NCBI GenBank assembly: GCA_033763255.1 | Contig: JANRKX010000046.1 | Span: 166,471 to 230,470 of the forward strand | DNA length: 64,000 nucleotides | Source: Acidobacteriota bacterium | Lineage (GTDB): Bacteria > Acidobacteriota > Blastocatellia > RBC074 | Direction: 5' to 3' | In this document: positions 1 to 9,210 of the stretch, one piece after another | Layout of the letters: each line of letters starts with the position of its first letter | Numbering within the stretch: position 1 is the stretch's first letter | Made by a program: the position numbers and the translations under genes | Notes under the pieces: model-generated | Databases searched by the model: none | What the model was told of the DNA's origin: nothing | The model's input: only the letters and a program-made list of their open reading frames with translations

Positions 1-1692
1 GCGAATGCGGTCGAAGGGAAAGTCTTCGACTTCGACGCGCGGAATACCGAAATTCACGTCGCCCGAATCTTTGACCTGATCGGAAAAGAAGCGCGTGAAA
101 TTGCCGCGCGCTTCGTTTAGCACGCGCGGCGAGATGGTGTAATTCCACGTCACCATCGCCGAACCTGTGAGCGGCGCGAAACGCAAATCACCGCTTTGGC
201 GCGTGCGCCCGCCGGTGTCGCTCAGAAAGTCATTGCGCTTGGTGCGGTAAAAACTGACGGCGAAGTTGTGGCGTTCGTTCAGGTTGTAATCGAATCGCAG
301 GTTGTATTGATCGCCGCGTGTGCGGTTCGGCGCGCGCAACTGAGCGAAAACAATGTCCGGCACGCCGTCAAAGCCTCCGCCGATTTGCGAAGGAACGTAT
401 TGCCCTTGCGCCGTTCCCAACGAACCGATGTCCAATCCGCCACTGACCGCCCGGCAACGCGCCGTAGCTGCTCCGCCAAACACTGAACAATCTGAAGTCA
501 GCAATTGCACGACGCGCGGCGCTCCGGCGGCAGCCAGAATTTTGGCCGTCGTGCTGTTCGGGCGTTGCGTGCGAATCGTTTGTTGAAACTGCTCGGTTTC
601 AATGTAGCTGTTGAAAGTGTTGTTCGTGCGTTCGCGCAGCCCCTCGAACGAGAAAAAGAAAAACAGTTTGTTCTTGCCGCTGAAGTAAGCTTTTCCGCCT
701 TCGCCAAAACGCGGAATGATGACCGGTCCGCCAATGCTGCCGCCGAATTGGCGGAATTTGTTTTCGACTCGAACCGGCGGAGCGTCCACCGTCGGCGAAC
801 CGCCTATGCCGCCCCATTTGTTGAAGGAGTTCAGACCGGGTTCGTTGTATTTGAACAGCGCGCTGCCGTGATATTCGTTGGTTCCGTTTTGCGAAATGAC
901 TTTGACCTGCGCGCCGCTGTTGCGCCCGTCTTCGGCGGAATAGCTGGTTGAAGTGACGCGGATTTCTTTCACCGATTCCTGGTTCGGTGTGACGATGGCC
1001 GCGCCGCCCCAACCCAGACTGTTGACGCTGACGCCGTCAATTGAAAAGTTGTTGGCTGACACGCGCTGGCCGTTGGCGCTGATCGGCACGACATTTTCCA
1101 CCTGAAAGATCGAAGTGTTCGATCCGCCGGGGCCTGTGGTGTTCGGCAAATTGACCGCGCCGCCGCCGCCCGACCGCGCGCCTTGCCCAAAAATTCCCGG
1201 AGCCAATCGCAGCAATTCATAAGGATCGCGTCCGTATTGCGGCAAGCGGCGAATTTCCTGTGTGGTGATGCCGCGATCAATGTTGGCATTTTCAGTTTGC
1301 AGCCGCGGTGAAGATTCACCCGTCACCGTGACGGTTTCGCTGATCTGACCGGCTTCCAAAACCAGTTCGACGCCTTGCGCGGTTTCCGCGCCAATGACGA
1401 CGTTTTCCAATTCGCGCCGTTTGAAACCGTCGCGTTCAGCAGAGACTTTGTAACTGCCGGGTGGCAAACCAGCCACGCGATAAAACCCGGATTCGTTGCT
1501 GGTCGTGGTCAACTCGCGGGCAGTTTCTTTGTTGACGATGGTGATTTTCGCGCCGGACACGACGGCTCCGGTGGCATCTGTGACGGTTCCTTGAATGCTG
1601 GCTTTGAATTGCGCGCTGGCTGTGATTGAAAACACCGCCAAAAGCAGGGCTGCCAGAATTGTGCGCGTGCTGCTGGTAAGTGAGTTACGCAT
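1..1692 (-). CDS. TonB-dependent receptor with N-terminal carboxypeptidase-regulatory-like domain (5' part only; runs off the left edge)
   Basis: Not in ORF track because it has no stop in the window. Manual translation from ATG 1692 (GGAGGA upstream): MRNSLTSSTRTILAALLLAVFSITASAQFKASIQGTVTDATGAVVSGAKITIVN...NGQRVSANNFSIDGV...SAEDGRNSGAQVKVISQNGTNEYHGS, typical of acidobacterial/Oar-like TBDRs; frame open to base 1. Confidence 0.9.
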   Translation of the reverse strand, partial: MRNSLTSSTRTILAALLLAVFSITASAQFKASIQGTVTDATGAVVSGAKITIVNKETARELTTTSNESGFYRVAGLPPGSYKVSAERDGFKRRELENVVIGAETAQGVELVLEAGQISETVTVTGESSPRLQTENANIDRGITTQEIRRLPQYGRDPYELLRLAPGIFGQGARSGGGGAVNLPNTTGPGGSNTSIFQVENVVPISANGQRVSANNFSIDGVSVNSLGWGGAAIVTPNQESVKEIRVTSTSYSAEDGRNSGAQVKVISQNGTNEYHGSALFKYNEPGLNSFNKWGGIGGSPTVDAPPVRVENKFRQFGGSIGGPVIIPRFGEGGKAYFSGKNKLFFFFSFEGLRERTNNTFNSYIETEQFQQTIRTQRPNSTTAKILAAAGAPRVVQLLTSDCSVFGGAATARCRAVSGGLDIGSLGTAQGQYVPSQIGGGFDGVPDIVFAQLRAPNRTRGDQYNLRFDYNLNERHNFAVSFYRTKRNDFLSDTGGRTRQSGDLRFAPLTGSAMVTWNYTISPRVLNEARGNFTRFFSDQVKDSGDVNFGIPRVEVEDFPFDRIR

Positions 1693-1870
1693 ACCGTTCC
1701 TCCGTTCGATAAAGCTGGTGATTGATTTGGGAGAGTGAAGAGAGTTTGCAGCCGCGGTCTTGTTTCGGCCAATAAGCCTGCGTTGGCAGTCTCCCCCAGA
1801 CACTGTTCACAAGCTTTGGCCGGTCGAAATCATCCCAGCAGAATCGGTCGCCGCGTTTTGGTGAATCATA

Positions 1871-1886
1871 ACTAAAACGATTTAGT
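1871..1886. promoter_or_regulatory. Putative LacI-family operator
   Basis: Imperfect palindrome ACTAAAACGATTTAGT with central CG, between the divergent TBDR and LacI genes. Confidence 0.6.
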
Positions 1887-1984
1887 AAGGCGTCGGCGTT
1901 ATATCACTCAACTTTGCGGAGCGTCAAGATTGCCGGAAACTTTGCTTGCGCCGTGTGGTTGGCTGTGCAAAACTCCGGTTCGCC

Positions 1985-3049
1985 ATGCCTCGCAAGAAAA
2001 AAAACGACACTGCAAACGGCGAGAATTCCGCAACGAACGGGCGGCCAGTCAGTCTGAAAGAGCTGGCGGCGCATCTGGGCTTGTCCACTTCGACGTTGTC
2101 ATTGGTGCTGAACGGTTCCGCCGTCGCTGATTCGATTCCGCAGGAAACCAAAGACCGCATTTTCAAGGCGGCGCGAGAATTCAACTACAGCCCGAATTAC
2201 ATCGCGCGTTCGTTGCGCGCGCAGCGGACGTTCACGCTGGGAGTGCTGGTTCCTGAATTGAGCGACGGGTATTCGGCGGGCGTGTTGGGCGGAGTCGAAG
2301 ATCATTTGTTGCAGGAAGGATTTTTCTACTTCGTCGCCAGCCATCGCCATCGGGTTGAGCTGATCGAAAAGTATCCAAAGATTTTTCTCGACCGCTGTGT
2401 CGAAGGTTTGATCGCTGTGGATACGCCACAACGTCGTCCGTCGCCTTTGCCTGTGGTTTCGGTTTCCGGCCACGACGACACGCCGGGCGTGACGAACATC
2501 GTGCTGAATCACGAACGCGCCGCCGAACTGGCGCTGGGGCATTTGATCGAGCTTGGCCATCGGCGGATCGCCGTCATCAAGGGCCAGGAGTTTAGTTCGG
2601 ACACGGAAATCCGCTGGCGTTCGATTCACGATGCGGCGATCAAGTTCAACGTGCCGATTCATCCGTCATTGCTGGCGCAACTGGAAAGCGATTCGCCTTC
2701 GCCGGAAACCGGCTATCTGGCAACGCGCAAACTGATTGGCAGCGGCGAGAGCTTCACGGCGCTGTTCGCCTTCAACGACATTTCGGCCATCGGCGCGATT
2801 CGCGCGCTGGGCGAAGCGGGCTTGAACGTGCCGGAAGATGTTTCAGTGATCGGCTTTGACGACATTCACGCCGCAGCCTTTCACAACCCCGCGCTGACCA
2901 CCATCCGCCAGCCGCTGTATCAGATGGGCAAACTCGCCGCCGAACATTTGCTGAAACGCATCGCCAACGGTTCGACGGAACCGTTCCCGGAACTGGTGAC
3001 GGTCGAACCGGAATTGATCATTCGCCAATCCACTGCACCTGCCAAATGA
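1985..3049 (+). CDS. LacI-family transcriptional regulator
   Basis: HTH SLKELAAHLGLSTSTLSLVLNG, YSPNYIARSL hinge, sugar-binding domain with VPEDVSVIGFDD and PALTTIRQP; start moved to ATG 1985 (MPRKKK). Confidence 0.95.
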   Translation: MPRKKKNDTANGENSATNGRPVSLKELAAHLGLSTSTLSLVLNGSAVADSIPQETKDRIFKAAREFNYSPNYIARSLRAQRTFTLGVLVPELSDGYSAGVLGGVEDHLLQEGFFYFVASHRHRVELIEKYPKIFLDRCVEGLIAVDTPQRRPSPLPVVSVSGHDDTPGVTNIVLNHERAAELALGHLIELGHRRIAVIKGQEFSSDTEIRWRSIHDAAIKFNVPIHPSLLAQLESDSPSPETGYLATRKLIGSGESFTALFAFNDISAIGAIRALGEAGLNVPEDVSVIGFDDIHAAAFHNPALTTIRQPLYQMGKLAAEHLLKRIANGSTEPFPELVTVEPELIIRQSTAPAK

Positions 3050-3065
3050 ACGCCGAAATCTTTCG

Positions 3066-3136
3066 ACAGGATTTCCAGGATTCAACAAGATGAAGCTTTG
3101 ATTCAGTCAATCCTGTTCATCTTGTGAATCTTGTCC
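3066..3136. repeat. ACAGGAT/ATCCTGT-type short-unit palindromic repeat (copy 1 of 3)
   Basis: gacaggatttccaggattcaacaagat ... aatcctgttcatcttgtgaatcttgtc; related copies at ~4858-4968 and ~7305-7369. Confidence 0.65.
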
Positions 3137-3148
3137 ATTCCGACTGCC

Positions 3149-3493
3149 TTACTTCCTCAACTCGGCAATGGTCGCGCCCAAATTTCCCGGAACGTCATAA
3201 AAGCTGACGACGAATTCCGTCCGGCTCAAGATCGCGCGAACAGCTTCGCGCTGCACGCCTATGCCTTTGCCGTGAATGATGCGCACGACGGCGAAGCCGC
3301 GCGCGTGGGCTTGCAGCAGGTATTCTTCGACAATTTCTTTGACTTGTTTGGGCGGGATGGCGTGCAGGTCAATCGTGTCCGTGATTTCCAGGACGACCGG
3401 TTCGTCGAACGGGTCGTCATGTGAATCAAGCAGCGGTTCGGTTTCAATTTGTTTTTCCGGCCACAGGCTGCGCCAGAGTTCAGTTAGTTTCAT
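3149..3493 (-). CDS. Smr/MutS2 C-terminal domain protein
   Basis: IDLH, VRIIHGKGIG and GATIAEL motifs. Confidence 0.9.
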   Translation of the reverse strand: MKLTELWRSLWPEKQIETEPLLDSHDDPFDEPVVLEITDTIDLHAIPPKQVKEIVEEYLLQAHARGFAVVRIIHGKGIGVQREAVRAILSRTEFVVSFYDVPGNLGATIAELRK

Positions 3494-4816
3494 TTACATT
3501 GGTTCAAAGACTGCGCCCAGAAACAGAATCGCGCCGGTTTGCTGGTCGCGAATGGCCAGCAGGAAAGGGCGGTCGGCGACGAAGTTGAAGCGTTCCGGTT
3601 CGCGGCGAACCGACGTGATGCCGATTGCCACCGAAGTCGTGGCGGCGGCTTCGGTGCCTTCTTCGTTCAGCTCGATGACGGCTTTGTGTTTGACCTGCGA
3701 GATGTACAAATCTTTTTGTTCGCGGATGCCGCTGAAATCGGCTCTGCCTCGGTCGAACGCGACTTCCATTCCCAGTGCTTTCAGCGGCTGATTCAACTCG
3801 CGCGCGTAATCCATCTTGAAGCGCGGCAGTTTCACATCTCCCGGCGCAGTGCGAAAACTGCTCGCCCATTGTTGCCATTTCGAAAAGTTCAATTCGCCAA
3901 GCAGGCTGTTCAATGACACGCCTTCGTTTGGCAAAAACAGATAAATGCTTGTTCCGCCTTGTCCGTACGGCAAGCTGACGGCCTGGAAGTTTTCGCCTTT
4001 GAGGTGTTGGTAACTGCCCGATTGCCACATCATCGGAACCTGTTTGACGCCTCCGTTCGCCAGATGGAAGGGCGCGTCCTGCGTGCGAGCTTTGTCGAAT
4101 TTGTTTTGCCACTGGCCTTTGAAATACACGGCGTTGAGCAAAAACATGACTATGTTGCCGTCAATCTGTTCGATGACGGTGGGAATTTTGCCTTTGGTGT
4201 TTTGATTGACCCAGCCATTGATGGTTTTGACGGCTTGGGGCGAAGCGAAATCCAGCGCCGCGACTTCCGCGCCGAAAAACTGGCGGTTGCGATCCAGAAA
4301 CGCCGGATTGAAGCTGACGCCTTGTTTCGCCCACAGCGAATTGGCAATCAGCAATTCGACTTTCGGGTCGTTATTCCCGGAGGGGCTTTTCAGCTTGGCC
4401 AGCAACGCCTGGCTCGATTGGTTGATGTCGGCGTGATTCATCGAGCCGTATTTCAGCGCGCGCTTCATCGCCAGATGCGTGTCGCCAGCGGCTCCGTTGT
4501 AAGTCATCGCCAAGGCCGTCGCCACGCTGAGCGGCGAGCAAAACACGTTCTTGTCTTTGTCCTGTGTACGAAGTTGGTTGAATAGGTCGAAGCCAAATTC
4601 ATTGTTGGCCGCGACCAGCGTTTCAATGGATGCTGACATTGGGCTTTCTCCGGCGGGATTGGGTTCTGCTTTTGGCGGTTCGGCTGGCGTTGGCGTTTCA
4701 GCCTGAACCGGCGGTTTGAATTCGTTTGACGAGCTGGCAGCCGCGCAACCGGCGATGAAAAACATCGCCGACGCGCAAACAACAGCCGCCCACACGAAGG
4801 TTGTTTTTGTTTGCAT
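3494..4816 (-). CDS. Serpin (serine protease inhibitor), probable lipoprotein
   Basis: NVFCSPLSV, NAVYFKGQW, hinge EEGTEAAATT, FVADRPFLLAIRD; lipobox-like IAGC after a hydrophobic N-terminus; AGGAGG RBS. Confidence 0.95.
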   Translation of the reverse strand: MQTKTTFVWAAVVCASAMFFIAGCAAASSSNEFKPPVQAETPTPAEPPKAEPNPAGESPMSASIETLVAANNEFGFDLFNQLRTQDKDKNVFCSPLSVATALAMTYNGAAGDTHLAMKRALKYGSMNHADINQSSQALLAKLKSPSGNNDPKVELLIANSLWAKQGVSFNPAFLDRNRQFFGAEVAALDFASPQAVKTINGWVNQNTKGKIPTVIEQIDGNIVMFLLNAVYFKGQWQNKFDKARTQDAPFHLANGGVKQVPMMWQSGSYQHLKGENFQAVSLPYGQGGTSIYLFLPNEGVSLNSLLGELNFSKWQQWASSFRTAPGDVKLPRFKMDYARELNQPLKALGMEVAFDRGRADFSGIREQKDLYISQVKHKAVIELNEEGTEAAATTSVAIGITSVRREPERFNFVADRPFLLAIRDQQTGAILFLGAVFEPM

Positions 4817-4857
4817 GTTTCCTCCTTTTCGCTGCTAAATCGAAGCAAGAAACTTTG

Positions 4858-4968
4858 AGACAGGATGGACATGATTTTTTTCAGGATGAACAGGATTCAA
4901 ACCAAGTTGGAACTTGATTGCTATTGATGATTCTGTAAATCCTGCCGAAAATCTTGTTCATCCTGTCT
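4858..4968. repeat. ACAGGAT/ATCCTGT-type palindromic repeat (copy 2)
   Basis: agacaggatggacatgat...caggatgaacaggatt ... aatcctgccgaaaatcttgttcatcctgtct. Confidence 0.65.
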
Positions 4969-5093
4969 AAAGGGAATGTCACAATGTTGCTTGCTCTGAT
5001 TTAGTTGTTGGTTGAACGGGAAAGAGCATATCGCCAGATGATTGACTTCAGCAATTCGGTTTCTTACCCTCGCCCGCGCTTCACCTTCATCCT

Positions 5094-6851
5094 ATGCAAA
5101 CCATCGTCATCAAATCCGCAGTGCTGACTGTTGTTGCTGCCCTTGCCGTGGCGGCGCTGGTGTTCGCTTCTCAGCCGACTTATCAAGGCGTCAGGGCAGG
5201 GAAGGCCGATGCCGATTATCTGGATTCGCAAAAGTGTCTGGCCTGCCACACCGATCATTTCGCTTCGTGGCGGCAAACGCATCACAGCCGCATGACTCAG
5301 GACGCTCGGCCTGAAACCGTGCAGGGTGATTTCACGCGCGACAATTCGTTCGAGTATCTAGGCGTCAAAGCGAAGATGGAACGACGCGGCGACAAATTCA
5401 CGATGACGCTGAATTTCGCTAATGGTCGTAGGCAATCGTATGCGATTGATCGAACGGTAGGTTCGCGCCGCATCGAACAATACGTCAGCCGACAAGGCGA
5501 TCAATTCGTTCGGTTGCCGCTGGCGTATGACCTGACGAACCGCCGCTGGATGAGTTTGAACGGATCGTTTTTTTATCCCGACGGCGACAATTACTTTCAG
5601 CACCAGGCCACGTGGGATCAGAACTGCGTGTTCTGCCACAACGTCAAAGCTCAGCCGCAAATGGATACGAAAGTGCGTGGCAAGTTTGCGACCGAAGTCG
5701 CCGAACTCGGCATCGCGTGCGGAGCTTGTCACGGAATGTCGGCCAGGCATGCTGAAGAAGCTTCTTCGCCGTTGACGCGCGAATTGTGGCGAAGAACCGA
5801 CGCCGAAACGCACATCGTCAATCCGAAAAAACTGGCGGCTGAACGTTCGATGATGGTGTGCGGCCATTGCCACGGCCAACGAGTGCCGCAGCCTATGGAG
5901 CGCATTCAGGAGATTTTGACCAAAGGCGACCCGTTCAACGCGGGCGACGATCTGGCGAAGTTTTATCGTCCGGTATCGCGCGAAACAAAAATTGGCGAAT
6001 TCGCCTTTGCCAGCCGGTTTTGGCAAAACGGTTCGCCTCGGCTGACGGCTTACGAATATCAAGGCATTTTGCGCTCGGCGTGTTTTCAGAAAGCGGATCA
6101 TTCAAACCGCATCAACTGTCTGAGTTGCCATTCCATGCACGAAGGCGACATCAAAGGGCAGATCAAACCCGAAAATCGCACCGACAAGGCTTGTTTGGCT
6201 TGCCACCAACAGTTCGCGCAACCGGCTCAATTGGCGGCGCACACTGGGCACAAAGCCGAATCCATCGGCAGTCGTTGTTACGATTGCCACATGCCGCGCG
6301 TGGTGTATGGCGTGATGGCTTTTCATCGTTCGCACGACATAACGGTTCCCGATGCCAGCTTGACGGCTTCACAGCTTGTGCCGAACGCCTGCAACCAATG
6401 CCACCTGGACAAATCGGTCAACTGGGCGATTGCCGAAAGCAAACGCTTGTGGCCGCGACGGTTCGGCAACGCACAACCGAGCAGCGACGATGTTTTCAAT
6501 CAGCCGGAAGGCGTTCGCGCGCTGTTTGCCGGAGACGCGCTGACGCGAGCGATGGCTGCGGAAGCTCTGGGCGGGGGCGGGGCGATGAAGCCCGATGCGA
6601 ACTGGGCGACTCCGTTTTTGCTCGAAGCACTCAACGACAACTATCCGATTGTGCGGTTCTTTGCCGCGAATGGGTTGATGGCGACTGGCCAGCGATTACC
6701 CAAGCCGGATTATCTGGCGCCGGAAACCGTCCGGTTGTCGGCGGTCGAACAATGGTGGGCGCGTTATCCGCAAGCCCGGCAGCAGGTGTTTTCGCTGGCG
6801 ACCGGGTTACGCGCGCGACGAATCAACGTAGATGTCGAAGTCGGAGAATAG
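5094..6851 (+). CDS. Exported multiheme c-type cytochrome (8 CxxCH motifs) with helical C-terminal region
   Basis: Signal/anchor peptide; CLACH, CVFCH, CGACH, CGHCH, CLSCH, CLACH, CYDCH, CNQCH. Confidence 0.9.
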   Translation: MQTIVIKSAVLTVVAALAVAALVFASQPTYQGVRAGKADADYLDSQKCLACHTDHFASWRQTHHSRMTQDARPETVQGDFTRDNSFEYLGVKAKMERRGDKFTMTLNFANGRRQSYAIDRTVGSRRIEQYVSRQGDQFVRLPLAYDLTNRRWMSLNGSFFYPDGDNYFQHQATWDQNCVFCHNVKAQPQMDTKVRGKFATEVAELGIACGACHGMSARHAEEASSPLTRELWRRTDAETHIVNPKKLAAERSMMVCGHCHGQRVPQPMERIQEILTKGDPFNAGDDLAKFYRPVSRETKIGEFAFASRFWQNGSPRLTAYEYQGILRSACFQKADHSNRINCLSCHSMHEGDIKGQIKPENRTDKACLACHQQFAQPAQLAAHTGHKAESIGSRCYDCHMPRVVYGVMAFHRSHDITVPDASLTASQLVPNACNQCHLDKSVNWAIAESKRLWPRRFGNAQPSSDDVFNQPEGVRALFAGDALTRAMAAEALGGGGAMKPDANWATPFLLEALNDNYPIVRFFAANGLMATGQRLPKPDYLAPETVRLSAVEQWWARYPQARQQVFSLATGLRARRINVDVEVGE

Positions 6852-6887
6852 CTGGGAGCGCAGGCGTCGTCGCTTGCGATTGGAAAT

Positions 6888-7316
6888 ATGACGAACTCCG
6901 AAAGAACAAACGAGACTCAAACTTCAATGCTGCGGCAAGGCTGGATCAGTGTCGCCGTCTGGATGGCGGTCGGACTATTGCTCGAAGGTTTGCTTGGATA
7001 CAAAGCGCCGAGTTACCTCAACGATCCGCAAAGGCGAGAGCTTTTCAGGCTGGCGCATTCGCACGGGACATTGCTGGGCGTGGTGTTGATTGTTGCGGCG
7101 TTGACGGCTCAGCGATTCGGTGCTCCGCCACGAATGGCGCAACTCGCGTTGCGAATCGGCGCGGTGTTGATGCCTGTTGGTTTTTTGCTGGCGGGCATCT
7201 GGCATCCCGAAGGCGATCCGGGCTTGGCAATCTGGCTGGTTCCCCCCGGCGCGTTGTTGGTGATTTTCGGCGCTGTGGCAATGGCTTTCAGCCTGAAAAC
7301 AAATAGACAGGATTGA
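6888..7316 (+). CDS. Small 4-TM membrane protein with AHSHG motif
   Basis: Four hydrophobic segments; LFRLAHSHGTLLG; 36 bp downstream of the cytochrome, same strand. Confidence 0.8.
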   Translation: MTNSERTNETQTSMLRQGWISVAVWMAVGLLLEGLLGYKAPSYLNDPQRRELFRLAHSHGTLLGVVLIVAALTAQRFGAPPRMAQLALRIGAVLMPVGFLLAGIWHPEGDPGLAIWLVPPGALLVIFGAVAMAFSLKTNRQD

Positions 7317-7369
7317 CAAGATTTTTCAGGATGTTTGGGGAATCCTGGTTAACCCTGCAAATCCTGTCT
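7305..7369. repeat. ACAGGAT/ATCCTGT-type palindromic repeat (copy 3)
   Basis: agacaggattgacaagatttttcaggat ... aatcctggttaaccctgcaaatcctgtct, between convergent genes. Confidence 0.65.
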
Positions 7370-7391
7370 GCGGTTTTTTGCTGGTCGTTGG

Positions 7392-8051
7392 CTATCCGGC
7401 GGCGATGGCTTCTTCCAGCGCGGCTTTCATTTGCGGCGGGCTGATGATCGGGCTGAAGCCGACAAAATGTTTTTTCACTTTGCCGTCGCGCCCGATGATG
7501 ATTGTTTGCGGAATGCCGTTGCGCCCGTTCATCAACCCAACCTGCATCGAAGGATCAGCCCAGCCAAGCGGGTAATTGATTTTGAATTCTTTGGAAAAGT
7601 CTTTGACCTTTTGCGAATCAGTTGCAGGGTTTTCGTTGGTCAACCCAATGACTTCGACGCCTTTGCTTTTGTAAGTTTTGGCCATTTCGATCAGGTGAGG
7701 AATTTCCTGACGGCAAGGGCCGCACCAAGTCGCCCACAAATCCACAATCACGACTTTGCCGGAAAAATCAGCCAGCTTCCTGGTCTGGCCGTCTAGCGTC
7801 TTGAAATTGGCTTGCAGCACTGCCGGAGCCATTTCGGCAGGCTGTTGCGGAGGCGCTTGTTGCTGCGCGGTTTGGCCGGTTCTGGTTAGAACACTGGTAG
7901 GTTGATTGGTGGTCGCATTCGGCTTTTCGGCTTCTTTGTTTTTGAGCATCACCGAGCCGATGGCGGCAACCAGCAACACTGCCGAACCGATCAGGCCAAT
8001 GGTCATTGGCGACAAGAAGGATTTTTGCGAAGGTTGATTGTTTGAACTCAT
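7392..8051 (-). CDS. TlpA/ResA-like membrane-anchored thiol-disulfide reductase
   Basis: N-terminal TM, GKVVIVDLWATWCGPCRQEIP, GIPQTIIIGRDG. Confidence 0.92.
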   Translation of the reverse strand: MSSNNQPSQKSFLSPMTIGLIGSAVLLVAAIGSVMLKNKEAEKPNATTNQPTSVLTRTGQTAQQQAPPQQPAEMAPAVLQANFKTLDGQTRKLADFSGKVVIVDLWATWCGPCRQEIPHLIEMAKTYKSKGVEVIGLTNENPATDSQKVKDFSKEFKINYPLGWADPSMQVGLMNGRNGIPQTIIIGRDGKVKKHFVGFSPIISPPQMKAALEEAIAAG

Positions 8052-8182
8052 AACGTCTGTGATTTGGTGTTGAGTGAATTTTTTTTCGGCGATGCTTGCC
8101 GAATCCGTGAAGTTTGAACGACTCTTTCAGGACGGGCGGTAGCATAGCCGTTGCCGAAATCGTCGGCAAGTTAGGGAAGAGC

Positions 8183-8824
8183 TTATCGTTTGCCGTCCAG
8201 AATATCGCGCATTTCTTTGGCAACGGTCAGCGGCGAACCGGCTTCGGCAATGGCTGCGCCGACTATTACACCAGCCAGTGGCAAGCTGCGAAGCGTTTTC
8301 AAATCGGTGACATCAATTCCTCCGGCCAGATACACCGGCAAATCCACCTGCCCGATCAATTCGACAAGGGCGGTGTGACGTTCTTCGCGGCTCAATCCCT
8401 TGACTCGCTTGAAACCGCGCCGGTTGATACACAACGAATCCACGCCCAGCCCACGCAATTCTCGTGACCGTTCGACAATGTTCGAGACGCCCAAACTGTC
8501 GGCCATTATTTGACCATCGTAACGCCTGGCCGATTTCACGACTCGTTCGATGACTTCGTCCGAAGCGCAGCCCAAAACAGTGACAACCGTCGCTCCGGCG
8601 GCAAAGGCGAGTTCGGCAATCGGTTCTCCGGCGTCAACGACTTTGATGTCGGCAACGATTGGCCGCCCGCGATGTCGTCGGCGCAGTTCTCTCACAGCGC
8701 GGATGCCTTCGCGGATGAGCAAAGGCGTTCCGGCTTCAATCAAATCAACTTGCGTCGCCACTTTTCCGGCCAACTCCAGTTCCTGCATCAAGTCCGGCGC
8801 GTCCAATGCCAGTTGCAGCTTCAT
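8183..8824 (-). CDS. 3-hexulose-6-phosphate synthase-like protein (HPS/KGPDC/OMPDC family)
   Basis: MKLQLALD, IEAGTPLL, IVADIKVVDAG, AGGID, VIVGAAI motifs. Confidence 0.85.
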   Translation of the reverse strand: MKLQLALDAPDLMQELELAGKVATQVDLIEAGTPLLIREGIRAVRELRRRHRGRPIVADIKVVDAGEPIAELAFAAGATVVTVLGCASDEVIERVVKSARRYDGQIMADSLGVSNIVERSRELRGLGVDSLCINRRGFKRVKGLSREERHTALVELIGQVDLPVYLAGGIDVTDLKTLRSLPLAGVIVGAAIAEAGSPLTVAKEMRDILDGKR

Positions 8825-8880
8825 GCTTCTCCAATTGGGGTTCTTTTCACGGTTCCAGCGTCAATTAAGGGGTTTTTCGC

Positions 8881-9082
8881 TTTTCCACAATATCTGTGGA
8901 AATCTCTGTGGAAAGTCGCCATTTCAATGGTTTAAGTCTATCTAAATTCGTCACTTATAGCAGATTGCACACGGTTTCGACATCAATGCTAAATCCAATT
9001 ATTTCAGCAGATAACCTTTGTGTCGGAGTTTTTCGCCAACGAAACGCCGACTTGGTAAAACCACCTGTATCCATTTTCCACA
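8881..9082. promoter_or_regulatory. Cluster of DnaA-box-like nonamers with an AT-rich tract (oriC- or datA-like candidate)
   Basis: TTTTCCACA 8881-8889 and 9074-9082; TGTGGAAAT 8895-8903; TGTGGAAAG 8907-8915; IHF-like TTTCAATGGTTTA 8922-8934. Confidence 0.45.
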
Positions 9083-9210
9083 GCCAATTTGAAAACCCAC
9101 TGTTTTCGCGGTGATTTTCGCGTAGTTAAAGTAGTTCTTGAAGCCGGTTTCTTTTCTTGCGTTGCAATGGCGAAACGGCGATGAAACGCGGCTGGAATGG
9201 ATCAGCCAGA

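Noticed and set aside
5042-5314. ORF containing CCCCPC, superficially another poly-Cys leader
   Set aside because: The Cys run is an off-frame reading of Val/Ala codons in the cytochrome signal peptide, with no sulfur-gene context.
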